From the NCBI GenBank assembly GCA_963703955.1, contig CAVPGK010000016.1:64001-128000 (forward strand): a stretch of DNA of 64,000 bases. The letters are read 5' to 3'. The notes under the pieces are model-generated. The model was not told the origin of the DNA and ran no database searches. It was given only the letters and a program-made list of their open reading frames with translations. Positions 28,605 through 38,658 of the stretch are shown here, in pieces. Origin of the DNA: Nitrospirota bacterium. Its GTDB lineage: Bacteria; Nitrospirota; Nitrospiria; Nitrospirales; Nitrospiraceae. Both the position numbers and the translations under genes were made by a program. How positions within the stretch are numbered: the first letter of the stretch is position 1; the number at the start of each line of letters is the position of its first letter.

Positions 28605-29534
28605 TTAGGAGGTCTTTCTTATCCATAAGCTACTTCCTCCATGTGGCAAAAAGAGCGGAAGATATTGTCTCATCAGGGCCTGGTGGTGTGTTGCGAGGTA
28701 TGAGTTAAACAAGAGGATCTCGAAGGAACTATTGAACTGGAGAAATGCCTTCACTAAATATGCTTCGTTCCATGCTATGCCTGAGAGAACCCAATCTTCC
28801 GGATACTCAAATGGCCAATAAATGTCATGAATATGAATTATGACTCCTTCCTGTAGAATTGGTAGTATGTCCGTTACTAATGATACGACATCGCTCCCGA
28901 CTTTGACGACGTGGGATGAATCGATAAATAGTATGTCATTAGTCTTCAGATCAGTGTATGTTGAACGTGGAACATGTTGTGCGACATTTACGAGGACATC
29001 ATGCCTTTCTCTGTCGTTTTTGGTTAATAGCGAAAGGAGTCTTTCAGGATAGGGTTCTATGAATGTGAACTGGATACGACCGTCAAGAAAACGATCATTT
29101 ACGTCAAGCATTGCAGCAGAAGAAAAACCAGAGCCAACTTCCACGATTTTTTGCGGACGAAAATGCCGCATAATAGAATACAAAATTATTGAAGAGCCAT
29201 GGCCAAAAAACGGATTGCTAAAGCAATATCTGTAACCATCCTGCTTTTCCTCTGAGAAAGGCATTTGGCTGTAATACGACGATAAGTCTCTAACAAGGTC
29301 TATTTGTTTTTGCGCGGCTAGGTCTATCCCACGAATTGAAGTCCTATCTCGCACAAAGAGGTCCCCACGGTGCCTCTGGACGTAAGAAAGGTCTGGAATT
29401 GGTGAATAAAAGTGACCGGGATGTGCGAACGTCAGGAACGGATCTTGTGGATTCTCATGTATTCGCAGTGATGAATAAACTTTCGTAACCCCGGGTATCT
29501 TCTTGATCAGTGATTTCACCGTTGGCAAACGCAT
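28605..29534 (-). CDS. Class I SAM-dependent methyltransferase (Methyltransf_24-like)
   Basis: GHFYSPIP, IVEVGSGFSS, IEPYP, LFIDSSHVVKVGSDV, IHIHDIYWPFEYP, WNEAY; visibly AT-richer than flanks. Confidence 0.88.
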   Translation of the reverse strand: MRLPTVKSLIKKIPGVTKVYSSLRIHENPQDPFLTFAHPGHFYSPIPDLSYVQRHRGDLFVRDRTSIRGIDLAAQKQIDLVRDLSSYYSQMPFSEEKQDGYRYCFSNPFFGHGSSIILYSIMRHFRPQKIVEVGSGFSSAAMLDVNDRFLDGRIQFTFIEPYPERLLSLLTKNDRERHDVLVNVAQHVPRSTYTDLKTNDILFIDSSHVVKVGSDVVSLVTDILPILQEGVIIHIHDIYWPFEYPEDWVLSGIAWNEAYLVKAFLQFNSSFEILLFNSYLATHHQALMRQYLPLFLPHGGSSLWIRKTS

Positions 29535-29900
29535 CGTCCAATTTCCTGCTAACAATTAAACATACTGATCGGCATAGAACGCGGATACAACGTGCCTACT
29601 GTCGCGTAGTCCTCGTTTTGTTTGATAGACTTGTCAATGCTATCCACAGCACACGGTCGGCGTGCTATCCAGATCGGCATAGTTCCCTTGTAGCTGCGAA
29701 GGGTGGAGTCCACGCATCAGGGCAGCCGCGGGGCTCCCCACGCCCTTTCCACCGCGATTCAGAATGTGGGTGTAGATTATGGTTGTCCTCCATCTGTGTG
29801 GCCCAGCAGCTCCTGAACAAATCAGCGACTCGCCGGTGGCGGACCTTTAATAATGGCAATACTCATGAAAAATCGCACCGAGAAAGCACCGAGCAGATCG

Positions 29901-30239
29901 CTACGGCATCTTCGTCGCTTGCGATTCAACCTGGTGGACTTGTTTCAGTAGATTCTCCCACTTTGGCTCTTCGCCGGTGAGCGCTTTGGCTTCCCTCACC
30001 AGCCGCTGTCCCTCTTCATACTGTCCAATCCCTATAAGCGATCGGGCTTGCTCGGTGAGCGTCATGATCCGCAGATAGGGCGGGAGATTTTCTACGCGAA
30101 CTTTGCTGAAGTGCTCGCCGCCGTTCCCGATTTGCGGTCTACTTCCAAATGGACGCATCCACCGAGTGCGAACAACAGACCCGCTACCCAGGAATCGAAC
30201 GGTCACGACACGTGTCGAAACAGGACGCGGCTGTCCCAT
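29901..30239 (-). CDS. Hypothetical small protein with TPR-like helix pair, possibly a frameshifted lipoprotein
   Basis: C-terminus ARSLIGIGQYEEGQRLVREA is TPR-like; an overlapping frame reads AGLLFALGGC (lipobox). Confidence 0.45.
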   Translation of the reverse strand: MGQPRPVSTRVVTVRFLGSGSVVRTRWMRPFGSRPQIGNGGEHFSKVRVENLPPYLRIMTLTEQARSLIGIGQYEEGQRLVREAKALTGEEPKWENLLKQVHQVESQATKMP

Positions 30240-30271
30240 AGTGTCCTCTGTTTGACGGGCCTCGGCGGCGG

Positions 30272-30856
30272 CTACTTAATCAGTACCGGTTTCGAGTCCT
30301 GGCCTGAGGCCGTCGTCAGCGACAGGATGACCAGCCCTTTCTTTTTGGTGGATGGCACGGTCGCGGTGATCTCGGTCTCGTTTTTCTGTCTGAATTTCGC
30401 CTGATTTCCTGGGCCGAATGATACGGAGTTCAAGCAGCCGGGCGACCCGAAATCCGTTCCAGTAATCGTGACTTGATCCCCGGCTTTCGCTTCATCCGGA
30501 GTGACCTTGTCGATTTTCGGAACCTGTCCGAAACAGGCTTGAGATTTCTCCACAATGCCGGCCCCTGACGCCTTGGTTGCGCCTTCCCTCATGCGGCTCT
30601 TTTTCGCCGGTTGAACCGTTTCTTTCTTGGCCGGCTTTGCTTTCTCTGCCGGTTTTTCTTGTGAGTCCGCCTTCTTCGGTTCGGCCGTTCCAGCCTGCTT
30701 TTCCTTCCCAGGTGCCTTCTCTGTTTCCCCCGGCTTGTCTTTTTCAGCCGCTGCAGCCGACCAGGTGGTTTCGTCTGGAATCATCAGTGTGAGAGATCCC
30801 ACGAACAAAACGCCTAGGGCGATGAGCAACGTGCGCTTGAGCAGACCGATATGCAT
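30272..30856 (-). CDS. Exported protein with Lys/Glu/Pro-rich linker and C-terminal IPT/TIG domain
   Basis: GGAGG RBS; N-terminal hydrophobic helix; PKIDKVTP..AKAGDQVTITGTDFG...V.FG...EITATVP. Confidence 0.8.
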   Translation of the reverse strand: MHIGLLKRTLLIALGVLFVGSLTLMIPDETTWSAAAAEKDKPGETEKAPGKEKQAGTAEPKKADSQEKPAEKAKPAKKETVQPAKKSRMREGATKASGAGIVEKSQACFGQVPKIDKVTPDEAKAGDQVTITGTDFGSPGCLNSVSFGPGNQAKFRQKNETEITATVPSTKKKGLVILSLTTASGQDSKPVLIK

Positions 30857-30893
30857 GATGCCTCCATGTAATAGATTTGGTGCAGGCTGACGA

Positions 30894-32789
30894 CTACTCT
30901 TCAATGGTCGAGATGTCTCCTGGGTCCTGACCCAATTCCTTTGCCTTGAGCACACGGCGCATGATCTTTCCGGATCGGGTCTTCGGGAGCGATGGGACAA
31001 TGTCTATTTCGTGTGGCACCGCGATCTTCCCCAGTTCCTTGAGCACGTGATCCTTCATGGACTGGATCAGATCGTTGTCCATCTGACATCCCTGCTTGAC
31101 GATCACAAAGGCCTTGATAGCCTCACCGGCCGTCCTATGTGGTTTGCCGATGACCGCGGCTTCGGCTACCGCCGGGTGGCTGACCAGTGCGCTTTCCACC
31201 TCCGCCGTGCCGATGCGGTTTCCCGCGACTTTGATCACATCATCCGCCCGACCCATAAACCAGAAATAGCCGTCTTCGTCTTTACGGCAGACATCGCCGG
31301 CCGTATAGCAGTTTGGAATGGTATTCCAGTAGACCTGATACCGCTCCGCGTCTTTGTAGATCGTCCGCATCATCGCCGGCCATGGTTTCTTGATGACGGC
31401 GAACCCGCCGGAATTGGGCGGAAGAGGACGCCCCTGTCGATCCACGACGTCGGCCTCCACTCCAAGAAATGGTCTCGTTGCCGAACCCGGCTTCAGCGGA
31501 ACGGAGGGCAGGGGAGTGACGAGGATCATTCCTGTCTCGGTTTGCCACCACGTATCCATGATCGGCTTGTTGCTTCCGGTCACACGGTGATACCATTCCC
31601 AGGCCTCGGGATTGATCGGTTCGCCGACGCTGCCGAGCACGCGCAATGTTGACAGATCGTATTTCTTCGGCCATTCCTCGCCATACTTCATCAACAGCCT
31701 GACTGCTGTTGGAGTCGTGTAGAAGATCGACACGCCGTACCGTTCGATGAGGTCCCACCATCGGCCAGGGTTGGGATAGTCCGGTTTCCCTTCAGCCGTC
31801 AGAATAGTGGCCCCGTTCAGCAGGGGCCCGTAGACGATATAGCTGTGACCGGTCACCCAGCCGGGGTCGGCCACGCAGAAGTAGACGTCGTCTTCCTTGA
31901 GATCGAATACGTACTTGGTCGTAATGTAGGTCCCCACCATGTAGCCGCCATGCACATGGACGACGCCTTTCGGCTTACCGGTCGTGCCGGATGTGTAGAG
32001 GATGTACAGCGGGCTCTCTGAATCCAGCGGCTCGGCGTCGCAGATCGCTCGTTCACCCTTGAGCCAATCCTGCCAATCGATTTCTTTCGGGGCCGAGAGG
32101 GCAATACCGGGCTTCTCACGGCGCACCACGACGACGGTTTCGACGGTGCCGCAGTTCGCGACCGCCTGATCCACCACACCCTTCAGATTGATGCTCTTCC
32201 CTCGGTCATATCCAACGTCCGCGGTGATGACGACTTTGGCTTCCGCGTCCTGAATCCGGCTTGCCAAGGCCGGGGCGCTGAAGCCCGAATAGACTACGCT
32301 GTGAATCACCCCGATGCGCGCGCAGGCCAGCATGGCCACGATCTGTTCCGGGATTTTCGGTAGATAGATCGTCACGCGATCCCCCTTGCGAAGGCCCAAC
32401 GCTTTGAGGGCATTGGCGCAACGATTGACCTGCCGGTAGAGCTCGCCGTAGGTGAAGACCCGTTCTTCCCCCTGCTCACCCACCCAAATCACCGCGACCT
32501 TATTCTTGCGCCACGTCTTCACATGGCGATCCAAGCAGTTATACGAGATGTTGCAGGTGGCTCCGACGAACCATTTCGCCCAGGGATAGTTCCATTCGAG
32601 GACTTTGCCCCAAGGCGAGAACCAGTCCAATTCCTTCGCGACACCGCTCCAGAAGGTCTCGGGATCGGCGATGGACTTTCGATAGTCAGAGTCGTAGTCT
32701 TGGATATACGCCTGAGCTTTGGTTTCCGAAGTGGGGTGCACGACGCGACTGACGCGGAGGAGACTGTCAAGTTTGTCGTCCGTGGCCAT
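30894..32789 (-). CDS. acs: Acetyl-CoA synthetase
   Basis: NCLDRH, YTSGTTGKPKGVVH, GWVTGHSY, SVGEPINPEAW, DTWWQTETG, GRADDVI, LPKTRSGKIMRR. Confidence 0.97.
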   Translation of the reverse strand: MATDDKLDSLLRVSRVVHPTSETKAQAYIQDYDSDYRKSIADPETFWSGVAKELDWFSPWGKVLEWNYPWAKWFVGATCNISYNCLDRHVKTWRKNKVAVIWVGEQGEERVFTYGELYRQVNRCANALKALGLRKGDRVTIYLPKIPEQIVAMLACARIGVIHSVVYSGFSAPALASRIQDAEAKVVITADVGYDRGKSINLKGVVDQAVANCGTVETVVVVRREKPGIALSAPKEIDWQDWLKGERAICDAEPLDSESPLYILYTSGTTGKPKGVVHVHGGYMVGTYITTKYVFDLKEDDVYFCVADPGWVTGHSYIVYGPLLNGATILTAEGKPDYPNPGRWWDLIERYGVSIFYTTPTAVRLLMKYGEEWPKKYDLSTLRVLGSVGEPINPEAWEWYHRVTGSNKPIMDTWWQTETGMILVTPLPSVPLKPGSATRPFLGVEADVVDRQGRPLPPNSGGFAVIKKPWPAMMRTIYKDAERYQVYWNTIPNCYTAGDVCRKDEDGYFWFMGRADDVIKVAGNRIGTAEVESALVSHPAVAEAAVIGKPHRTAGEAIKAFVIVKQGCQMDNDLIQSMKDHVLKELGKIAVPHEIDIVPSLPKTRSGKIMRRVLKAKELGQDPGDISTIEE

Positions 32790-32906
32790 ACGCACTCCTC
32801 AGGATAGGACGCGGGGGACGATGAAAATGAAGTCAAACCGTGATCGGCCTCATTATGAGGAAGGCTCGAAGGATGTTCAAGTATGGAATGCCGCGGGCTC
32901 CGTTTC

Positions 32907-32936
32907 TTGACAGTGAAAACGCGCGAGGCGTAGCAT
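32907..32936 (+). promoter_or_regulatory. Probable sigma70 promoter
   Basis: TTGACA-18 nt-TAGCAT upstream of the caspase-TPR gene. Confidence 0.55.
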
Positions 32937-32970
32937 GGTCAATAGTGAATTTTTCTATGGCTTGGTCGCG

Positions 32971-34326
32971 ATGAACCGGTTCACACGTCTCTCGCTGATA
33001 GCCATCTTCCTGGTGACGATCCCGCTGATCGCGCACGGCCAGCTCGGCAAACCGGAAGGCTTGTACTATAAGTCCTGGGGGTTGGTGATCGGGATCGAGA
33101 ACTACCTGGTGGCTCCGCCGGTCGGCGGCGCGATCGTGGAAGCCAAATCGGTCGCGGCTGCGCTTCGCAAACTCGGGTTCGACGAAGTCGTGGAACTCTA
33201 CGATAAAGACGCCAGCTTCCGTCGCCTGAACTCGGTCCTTACCGATTATCTACCGCGAAAGGTCGGCCGCATGGATCGCATGGTGGTGTTCTTCGCAGGA
33301 CACGCCGGCGTGACGCAAGACATGAATGGAAAGGAACTCGGGTACTTGGTTCCGTGGGATGCCCAGGTTGGGAATGCAGCTAAGGCGGTGACCTTGGATT
33401 ACCTCAAAGACTTCTCGCGTCGCGTCATGTCCAAGCACGTGCTCTTTCTCCTCGATACAGGTGTTTCGGGATGGGATGTGACGCCTCCCCAGCAATTGTC
33501 GTTGGAGGGTCGGGCGTCTCCGGAAGGGGAAACCGAGAAGCGGGCCGTCCAGATCATGACTGCCGCCGGAAAGGGAGAGCCGGTCGCGCGGAACGAGGGA
33601 GGCAGCGCATTCGTTCAGGCGATCATCTCCGGATTAGAGGGCGCCGCAGACACTGATAAGAATGGATGGGTCATGGCTACCGAGTTGAGCGCCTATGTGA
33701 AACAGCAGGTGGAGCAAAAGACGGGTGGCGCACAGCATCCCCAATTCGCCAGGTTGGACGGAGATGGGGATACGGTCCTGATTGAGGGGAAAAAGAGCGC
33801 GTTCAGAACTCGGCCCGAGCCGAAGACGGACGCTGAGCGGACCGCCGCGGCCAAGGAAGAGTATGAGCAAGCCTTTTCGCTGTTGCAGCAACAGGGACCA
33901 CTGGATGAAGCTGTTGAACGGCTCAACAAGGCGCTGCGATATGACCCCACGTACGGGGACGCGTACGTGTTGAAGAGCTACGTGTACTTGGAACTGGCGC
34001 CCAACCTGCAGGAAGCCACGGCTGCGGCTGAGGCTGCGGTCAAGTATGCGCCCAACAACGCTGATGCTCCCTACACGCTCGGACTCGTCCTTCAGCGAAA
34101 AGGACAGTTTGCAGAAGCGGAAAAAGCGATGCGCCAGGCATTGGCTGTGAACCCAGACTATTCCGACGTGTATTTGTCATTAGGGGATCTCTACGCCCAG
34201 GACCTCAAGGATCAAAAGAAATCCGTCGAAGCCTACCGTCGGTATCTTGAGACCGGTGGAACCGAAAACCGGGTCAAGACCTATCTCGAGCAAAACGGCG
34301 CGGTCGCTCCCGGCACGAAACAATAA
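32971..34326 (+). CDS. Exported caspase-like (Peptidase C14) domain + TPR protein, catalytic Cys absent
   Basis: Signal peptide; SWGLVIGIENY, VVFFAGHA, GYLVPWD, KHVLFLLDTGVSG, ADTDKNGWV...EL..YV; C-terminal TPR repeats. Confidence 0.85.
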   Translation: MNRFTRLSLIAIFLVTIPLIAHGQLGKPEGLYYKSWGLVIGIENYLVAPPVGGAIVEAKSVAAALRKLGFDEVVELYDKDASFRRLNSVLTDYLPRKVGRMDRMVVFFAGHAGVTQDMNGKELGYLVPWDAQVGNAAKAVTLDYLKDFSRRVMSKHVLFLLDTGVSGWDVTPPQQLSLEGRASPEGETEKRAVQIMTAAGKGEPVARNEGGSAFVQAIISGLEGAADTDKNGWVMATELSAYVKQQVEQKTGGAQHPQFARLDGDGDTVLIEGKKSAFRTRPEPKTDAERTAAAKEEYEQAFSLLQQQGPLDEAVERLNKALRYDPTYGDAYVLKSYVYLELAPNLQEATAAAEAAVKYAPNNADAPYTLGLVLQRKGQFAEAEKAMRQALAVNPDYSDVYLSLGDLYAQDLKDQKKSVEAYRRYLETGGTENRVKTYLEQNGAVAPGTKQ

Positions 34327-34372
34327 GGCAGGCGAAGGTCCAGCTCAGAACCCAGACCTTACCTGTCCCCTC

Positions 34373-34543
34373 TCAGTCCTGCGCCCCGCCTTTCAGATAC
34401 CCCAAGCCGATTTTTATTGCCCTCCTGGTGACTTCGGGCCATCGAGCTTCAGGATATTCCATAAGTACAGCCGCAGCTTTCGGGTCTTGAATGTCCAGCT
34501 CGATCACCTTGATGATCCCATCCTGAATTCTGACTTCCGCCAC
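34373..34543 (-). CDS. Small hypothetical protein (56 aa, below ORF-track cutoff)
   Basis: GGAGGAGG RBS + GTG; MAEVRIQDGIIKVIELDIQDPKAAAVLMEYPEARWPEVTRRAIKIGLGYLKGGAQD*; fills the intergenic gap. Confidence 0.75.
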   Translation of the reverse strand: MAEVRIQDGIIKVIELDIQDPKAAAVLMEYPEARWPEVTRRAIKIGLGYLKGGAQD

Positions 34544-34605
34544 GTTAACCTCCTCCAGACTATGGATCGATCCTCTTAAGGTCGACCGGATGGCTCTCCG
34601 TTGCG

Positions 34606-34634
34606 TTGACAGTGTAAGAGACGGATGCTAGCAT
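34606..34634 (+). promoter_or_regulatory. Probable sigma70 promoter of the lipoprotein operon
   Basis: TTGACA-17 nt-TAGCAT with a TG extension. Confidence 0.6.
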
Positions 34635-34736
34635 AAAATAAGTATTATTTGCGTTGATTTCCCGCCGACAAAGGTAATCATCGACCTCATCGAAAGCATG
34701 ACTACGAAGCCGGCTCGGACGAAGAAGGAGGCATCC

Positions 34737-35297
34737 ATGATTCTCACAAAAGGACTCGGCCGATTATTCGGCATCAGCATGGTGTTCATGGTGGCGGCAC
34801 TGGCGGCCTGCGGCGGCCCGCCTAAATGGGTCAAACATGGATCAGCGGCGTTCAATGACAAAGACTCCAAAGCCTTTTACGGCGTGGGGGCCATCACCGG
34901 AGTCAAGAATGAACCGCTGGCCTGGGATGCGGCTGAAAATCGGGCACGGGCCGAGGTCGCGAAAAACTTCGAGACCTACACCGCGTACTTGATGCGTGAT
35001 TATGCCGCGTCAACGACCGCAGGAGATTTTACCAGAAACGCGGAGGAACAGAATGTCGAGCGCGCGATCAAGACCTTCAGCGCCGTCACACTCAATGGTG
35101 TGCGGCCGATCGACCGGTACAAGGATCAGAAGAGCGGCACGTATTACGTGCTGGCCAAGTTGAATCTACAGGAAATGAAGGATGCCATGGCCCAGGCAAA
35201 GGAGTTGAATAGCCAGGTCCGGGACTACGTTCGTAAGAACGCCGACCGGCTCTTCGAGCGGCTCGAACAAGAGGAAGAGAAGCGCGCGGTTAAATGA
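34737..35297 (+). CDS. LPP20-family lipoprotein
   Basis: AAGGAGG RBS; lipobox LAAC; PKWV, FYGVG, AENRARAEVAK, YYVLAKL. Confidence 0.8.
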   Translation: MILTKGLGRLFGISMVFMVAALAACGGPPKWVKHGSAAFNDKDSKAFYGVGAITGVKNEPLAWDAAENRARAEVAKNFETYTAYLMRDYAASTTAGDFTRNAEEQNVERAIKTFSAVTLNGVRPIDRYKDQKSGTYYVLAKLNLQEMKDAMAQAKELNSQVRDYVRKNADRLFERLEQEEEKRAVK

Positions 35298-35319
35298 CCG
35301 CGATGAACGGGAGCGATGA

Positions 35320-35970
35320 ATGATGAACGGGCACATGACGAGTCATGAAATCAACACTCAGCGCCCTGCGTTCAGCATGGTGACGGTAATCGCGATCACC
35401 TTGCTGCTGACTCTCGTCGGCTGTTCCAGCGGCACAAGGGTGACCCGCGTCGATACGAACGTCGTGACGGACCTTAGTGGACGCTGGAACGACACCGACT
35501 CGCGGTTAGTCGCTGAAGCCATGGTCAAGGAAGCCTTATCGTATCCATGGTTGCAGACCTATACACAGACCAAAGGTCGCCAACCCGTCGTCGTGGTCGG
35601 CACGATCTTGAATCGCAGCCATGAGCACATCAACACGCAGACCTTCGTGACGGACCTCGAGCGCGAGCTGACCAATTCCCAAAAAGTCAGTTTCGTCGCC
35701 GGCAAGGGGGAGCGTGAGGAAATCCGGGAAGAACGGCGAGAGCAGGCCGTGCACGCTCGGGAGGATACCCAAAAATCGGCCGGAAAGGAGATCGGGGCGG
35801 ACTATATGATGAAGGGAAACATTTCGACGATTCTGGACGAAGCGAACGGAGTGAAGGCCGTCTTTTACCAAGTGGACCTTGAGTTGGTCGATCTGGAGAG
35901 CAACGTCAAGACCTGGTACGGACAGAAAAAGATCAAGAAGGTTGTCGAACGCAAACGGATGCTCTTTTAA
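35320..35970 (+). CDS. LpoB-family (PBP activator-like) lipoprotein
   Basis: Lipobox LVGC; DLSGRWNDTDS, NRSHEHI, IGADYMMKGNIS, YQVDLELVD. Confidence 0.8.
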   Translation: MMNGHMTSHEINTQRPAFSMVTVIAITLLLTLVGCSSGTRVTRVDTNVVTDLSGRWNDTDSRLVAEAMVKEALSYPWLQTYTQTKGRQPVVVVGTILNRSHEHINTQTFVTDLERELTNSQKVSFVAGKGEREEIREERREQAVHAREDTQKSAGKEIGADYMMKGNISTILDEANGVKAVFYQVDLELVDLESNVKTWYGQKKIKKVVERKRMLF

Positions 35971-36019
35971 CAGTGTTCAGTTGAGCCTTTTCATTTCAAA
36001 CTTCCTCCGCTCCACCTCC

Positions 36020-37486
36020 ATGGAGCACCTTTCTCATCTCTCTCGCGCGCTGTTTCAGACCCTATCGTTGTGGATTCTGTTCGTAAGCATTTCGGGATGC
36101 GGCCCCACGGTCAGCCGTTACGCCATGGTGGAGGACAGCTTGCTGGCCGGAGACACCCGGCGAGCCGACCAGATCGTAGAGGGCGCCGAGCCGGAATACG
36201 GATCGGAGAGTCGCGTTCTTTATCTGATGGATCGGGGAATGACCCTCCACTTGGCAGGGCAATATACAGCAAGCAACGGAATGCTCGAGCAGGCAGATCA
36301 GGAGGTCGAGCGCCTGTATACGCGGCGTCTGCGCACGGAGGCGAAGGCCTTTCTGATCAACGATACGAAATTGACCTACGAAGGCGACCCGTATGAACAG
36401 ACCATGATCAATGTGGTCAAAGGCCTTAACTATGCCGCGTTGGGAAATTGGAATGAGGCCTTGGTCGAGGCGAGGCGCATTGATCACCGGCTCAACATGC
36501 TGGGGGATCGGGCCAAACCCAAAGACGGGTATCGCGATGACGCTTTTGCTCGATATGTCAGCGGTCTCTTCTTTGAGATTAGCGGCGACCTGAACAACGC
36601 ATTTATCGCCTACCGCAAAGCGTATGACGAATATCGTCGAACACGCCCGTGGTCTCGGACCCCAGTTCCGCCCATGCTTCGAGGTGATCTCTTGCGGATG
36701 AGCGATGCCCTCCACCTGAGCCAAGAACACGGGGAGTATCGTCGTGAATTCGGCGAGATTGCCTGGCAGCCGCACACCGAGACGCAAGGACTCGCGCAGG
36801 TCGTGGTGGTCAGTTACAACGGCCGGGCGCCTCGCAAAGAAGACCGCTTCATCGACCTGCCCGTCAGTCTCGACGCGCTCAACCTCGTACTCCTGACGAA
36901 GCTGCCGCCTCACTCCGACTCACGGGAGCGCCGGGTGATGGAGAGCGCGCTTTACGGTTTGAACGGTCGAGTGGTTCGAGTGGCGATTCCAACTCTTGTT
37001 CCCCAAAAGACGCAGGTTCAGTATGCGCAGGTCACCGCATCTGACGGCAGTGAGTCATTCAGCGTACCGACTCAATTGGTTCATAACCTCACGGCGGTCG
37101 CGGAAAAGAGCCTGAACGATCGGTTGGCGGGCATTTCCGCCAAAGCGGTGGCCCGGGCCGCGGTGAAGTATGGCTTGGCCGACGGCGTGAGGTATGGCGC
37201 TCGAGCGGCAGCCGGAAAGAATAACGAAGCGGGCGAGCTGATCGGGTTGATCGCCGGCGGGTTGGCTCACGCATGGGCCGTCGCGTCGGAAGAGGCCGAT
37301 AAACGCAGCTGGCGGACATTGCCGGACGAAATTCAGATTGCGCGGCTCTGGCTACCGCCGGGGACGTATGAGCTTCAGGTTCAGTCAATGGGACGCAACG
37401 GCGCCACGGTAGGACGTCGCTCCGTTCAGACCGTGACGTTGCAAGCCGATGAAACCAAGCTGATCACGGAACGAGTTGTTCCCTAA
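36020..37486 (+). CDS. COG3014-family TPR-like lipoprotein
   Basis: Lipobox ISGC; YEGDPYE, ALVEARR, NNAFIAYRKA, ADKRSWRTLP. Confidence 0.8.
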   Translation: MEHLSHLSRALFQTLSLWILFVSISGCGPTVSRYAMVEDSLLAGDTRRADQIVEGAEPEYGSESRVLYLMDRGMTLHLAGQYTASNGMLEQADQEVERLYTRRLRTEAKAFLINDTKLTYEGDPYEQTMINVVKGLNYAALGNWNEALVEARRIDHRLNMLGDRAKPKDGYRDDAFARYVSGLFFEISGDLNNAFIAYRKAYDEYRRTRPWSRTPVPPMLRGDLLRMSDALHLSQEHGEYRREFGEIAWQPHTETQGLAQVVVVSYNGRAPRKEDRFIDLPVSLDALNLVLLTKLPPHSDSRERRVMESALYGLNGRVVRVAIPTLVPQKTQVQYAQVTASDGSESFSVPTQLVHNLTAVAEKSLNDRLAGISAKAVARAAVKYGLADGVRYGARAAAGKNNEAGELIGLIAGGLAHAWAVASEEADKRSWRTLPDEIQIARLWLPPGTYELQVQSMGRNGATVGRRSVQTVTLQADETKLITERVVP

Positions 37487-37494
37487 AGGAACCG

Positions 37495-38658
37495 ATGCGC
37501 TCGACAAAGATAGCCATCCTTCTGTGTCTCTGCGCACTGCTTGCCGTAAGTCAGGGATGCGCCTGGTTCAGCCGAAGTGCGGAGCCAAGCTGGGTCAACG
37601 GACAGAGTCGAGACTATCCCTCGGATCAATATGTCCTCGGGGTCGGGCAGGGGGAATCCAAACCGGTCGCAGCTGAACGGGCATACGGGGCCGTGGCCAA
37701 AGTGTTCAGGGCCGAGGTGAGCGCCCAGTCCCGAGACTGGGAATCATTTCTCGTGATGGAACAACGCGGGCAGGTGAATGCCGAAAGGCGTCTCACGCTC
37801 GATCGCGTGACTAGGGTCTCGACCGACAAGGTACTGGAGAACGTTCGGATCATCGACACCTGGCAGGATACCCAAACGGGCCAGCATTATGCCCTAGCCG
37901 GCACGAACCGCACACAAGCGGCGGCAGGGTTGCTCGAGCGCATTGCGGAACTGGATCGGACGGTGGAGACGGAGGTCATGGAGTCGCGGCAGACTCAGGA
38001 CAAGCTGGCGAAGGTGCGCCACCTTCGGCGCGCAATGAAAGACTTGGTGGTACGGGAAGCCTATAACAGCGACCTGCGTGTGGTGAGGCTAAGCGGCCAG
38101 GGTGTGGAGCCGGCCTATCGCGTGCCGGAATTGATGGGCGAGTTGGAGCAATTCCTGGCCGCCAGTCTCGTGGTTGGCGTTGAAGTGGCCGGCGAGCAAG
38201 CGGAGCTGACCCGCCAAGCCGTCATCGAGGGATTGATCCGAGAAGGACTCCCGGTCACCAATCGAGAAATCGGAACCCGGTCGGGGAATGAGGAGGCCCT
38301 AGCGTGGCCCAGTCCTCAACTCCTGGTGAAAGGCGGCGTACGTCTGTGGGATGTGCCGGTTCCTGACCCACGCTTTCGGTATGTCCGTTGGTGCGGGGAC
38401 TTCGTGGTGTTAGAGGTGGGAACCCAGCGGGTTGTGGGCGCCGTCTCAATCGGTGGAAAAGAAGGACATCTCACACCGCATGAAGCCAGAGCCAAGGCGG
38501 TGCGGATCATGCAGCAGGAATTGACGTCAAACCTGGCAAGAACGCTTGCCGCCTACGTGTATGGCGATGCCGATCCACCGAACACCCTACCCCCTTCGGC
38601 GTGCCCAAAGATCGAGGATCGAATCAGTCCGCCGTCTTCTGAAATTAAACCGCTCTGA
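37495..38658 (+). CDS. LPP20-domain lipoprotein
   Basis: Lipobox SQGC; PSWV...YP...YVLGVG...A.ERA...VAK.F. Confidence 0.75.
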   Translation: MRSTKIAILLCLCALLAVSQGCAWFSRSAEPSWVNGQSRDYPSDQYVLGVGQGESKPVAAERAYGAVAKVFRAEVSAQSRDWESFLVMEQRGQVNAERRLTLDRVTRVSTDKVLENVRIIDTWQDTQTGQHYALAGTNRTQAAAGLLERIAELDRTVETEVMESRQTQDKLAKVRHLRRAMKDLVVREAYNSDLRVVRLSGQGVEPAYRVPELMGELEQFLAASLVVGVEVAGEQAELTRQAVIEGLIREGLPVTNREIGTRSGNEEALAWPSPQLLVKGGVRLWDVPVPDPRFRYVRWCGDFVVLEVGTQRVVGAVSIGGKEGHLTPHEARAKAVRIMQQELTSNLARTLAAYVYGDADPPNTLPPSACPKIEDRISPPSSEIKPL

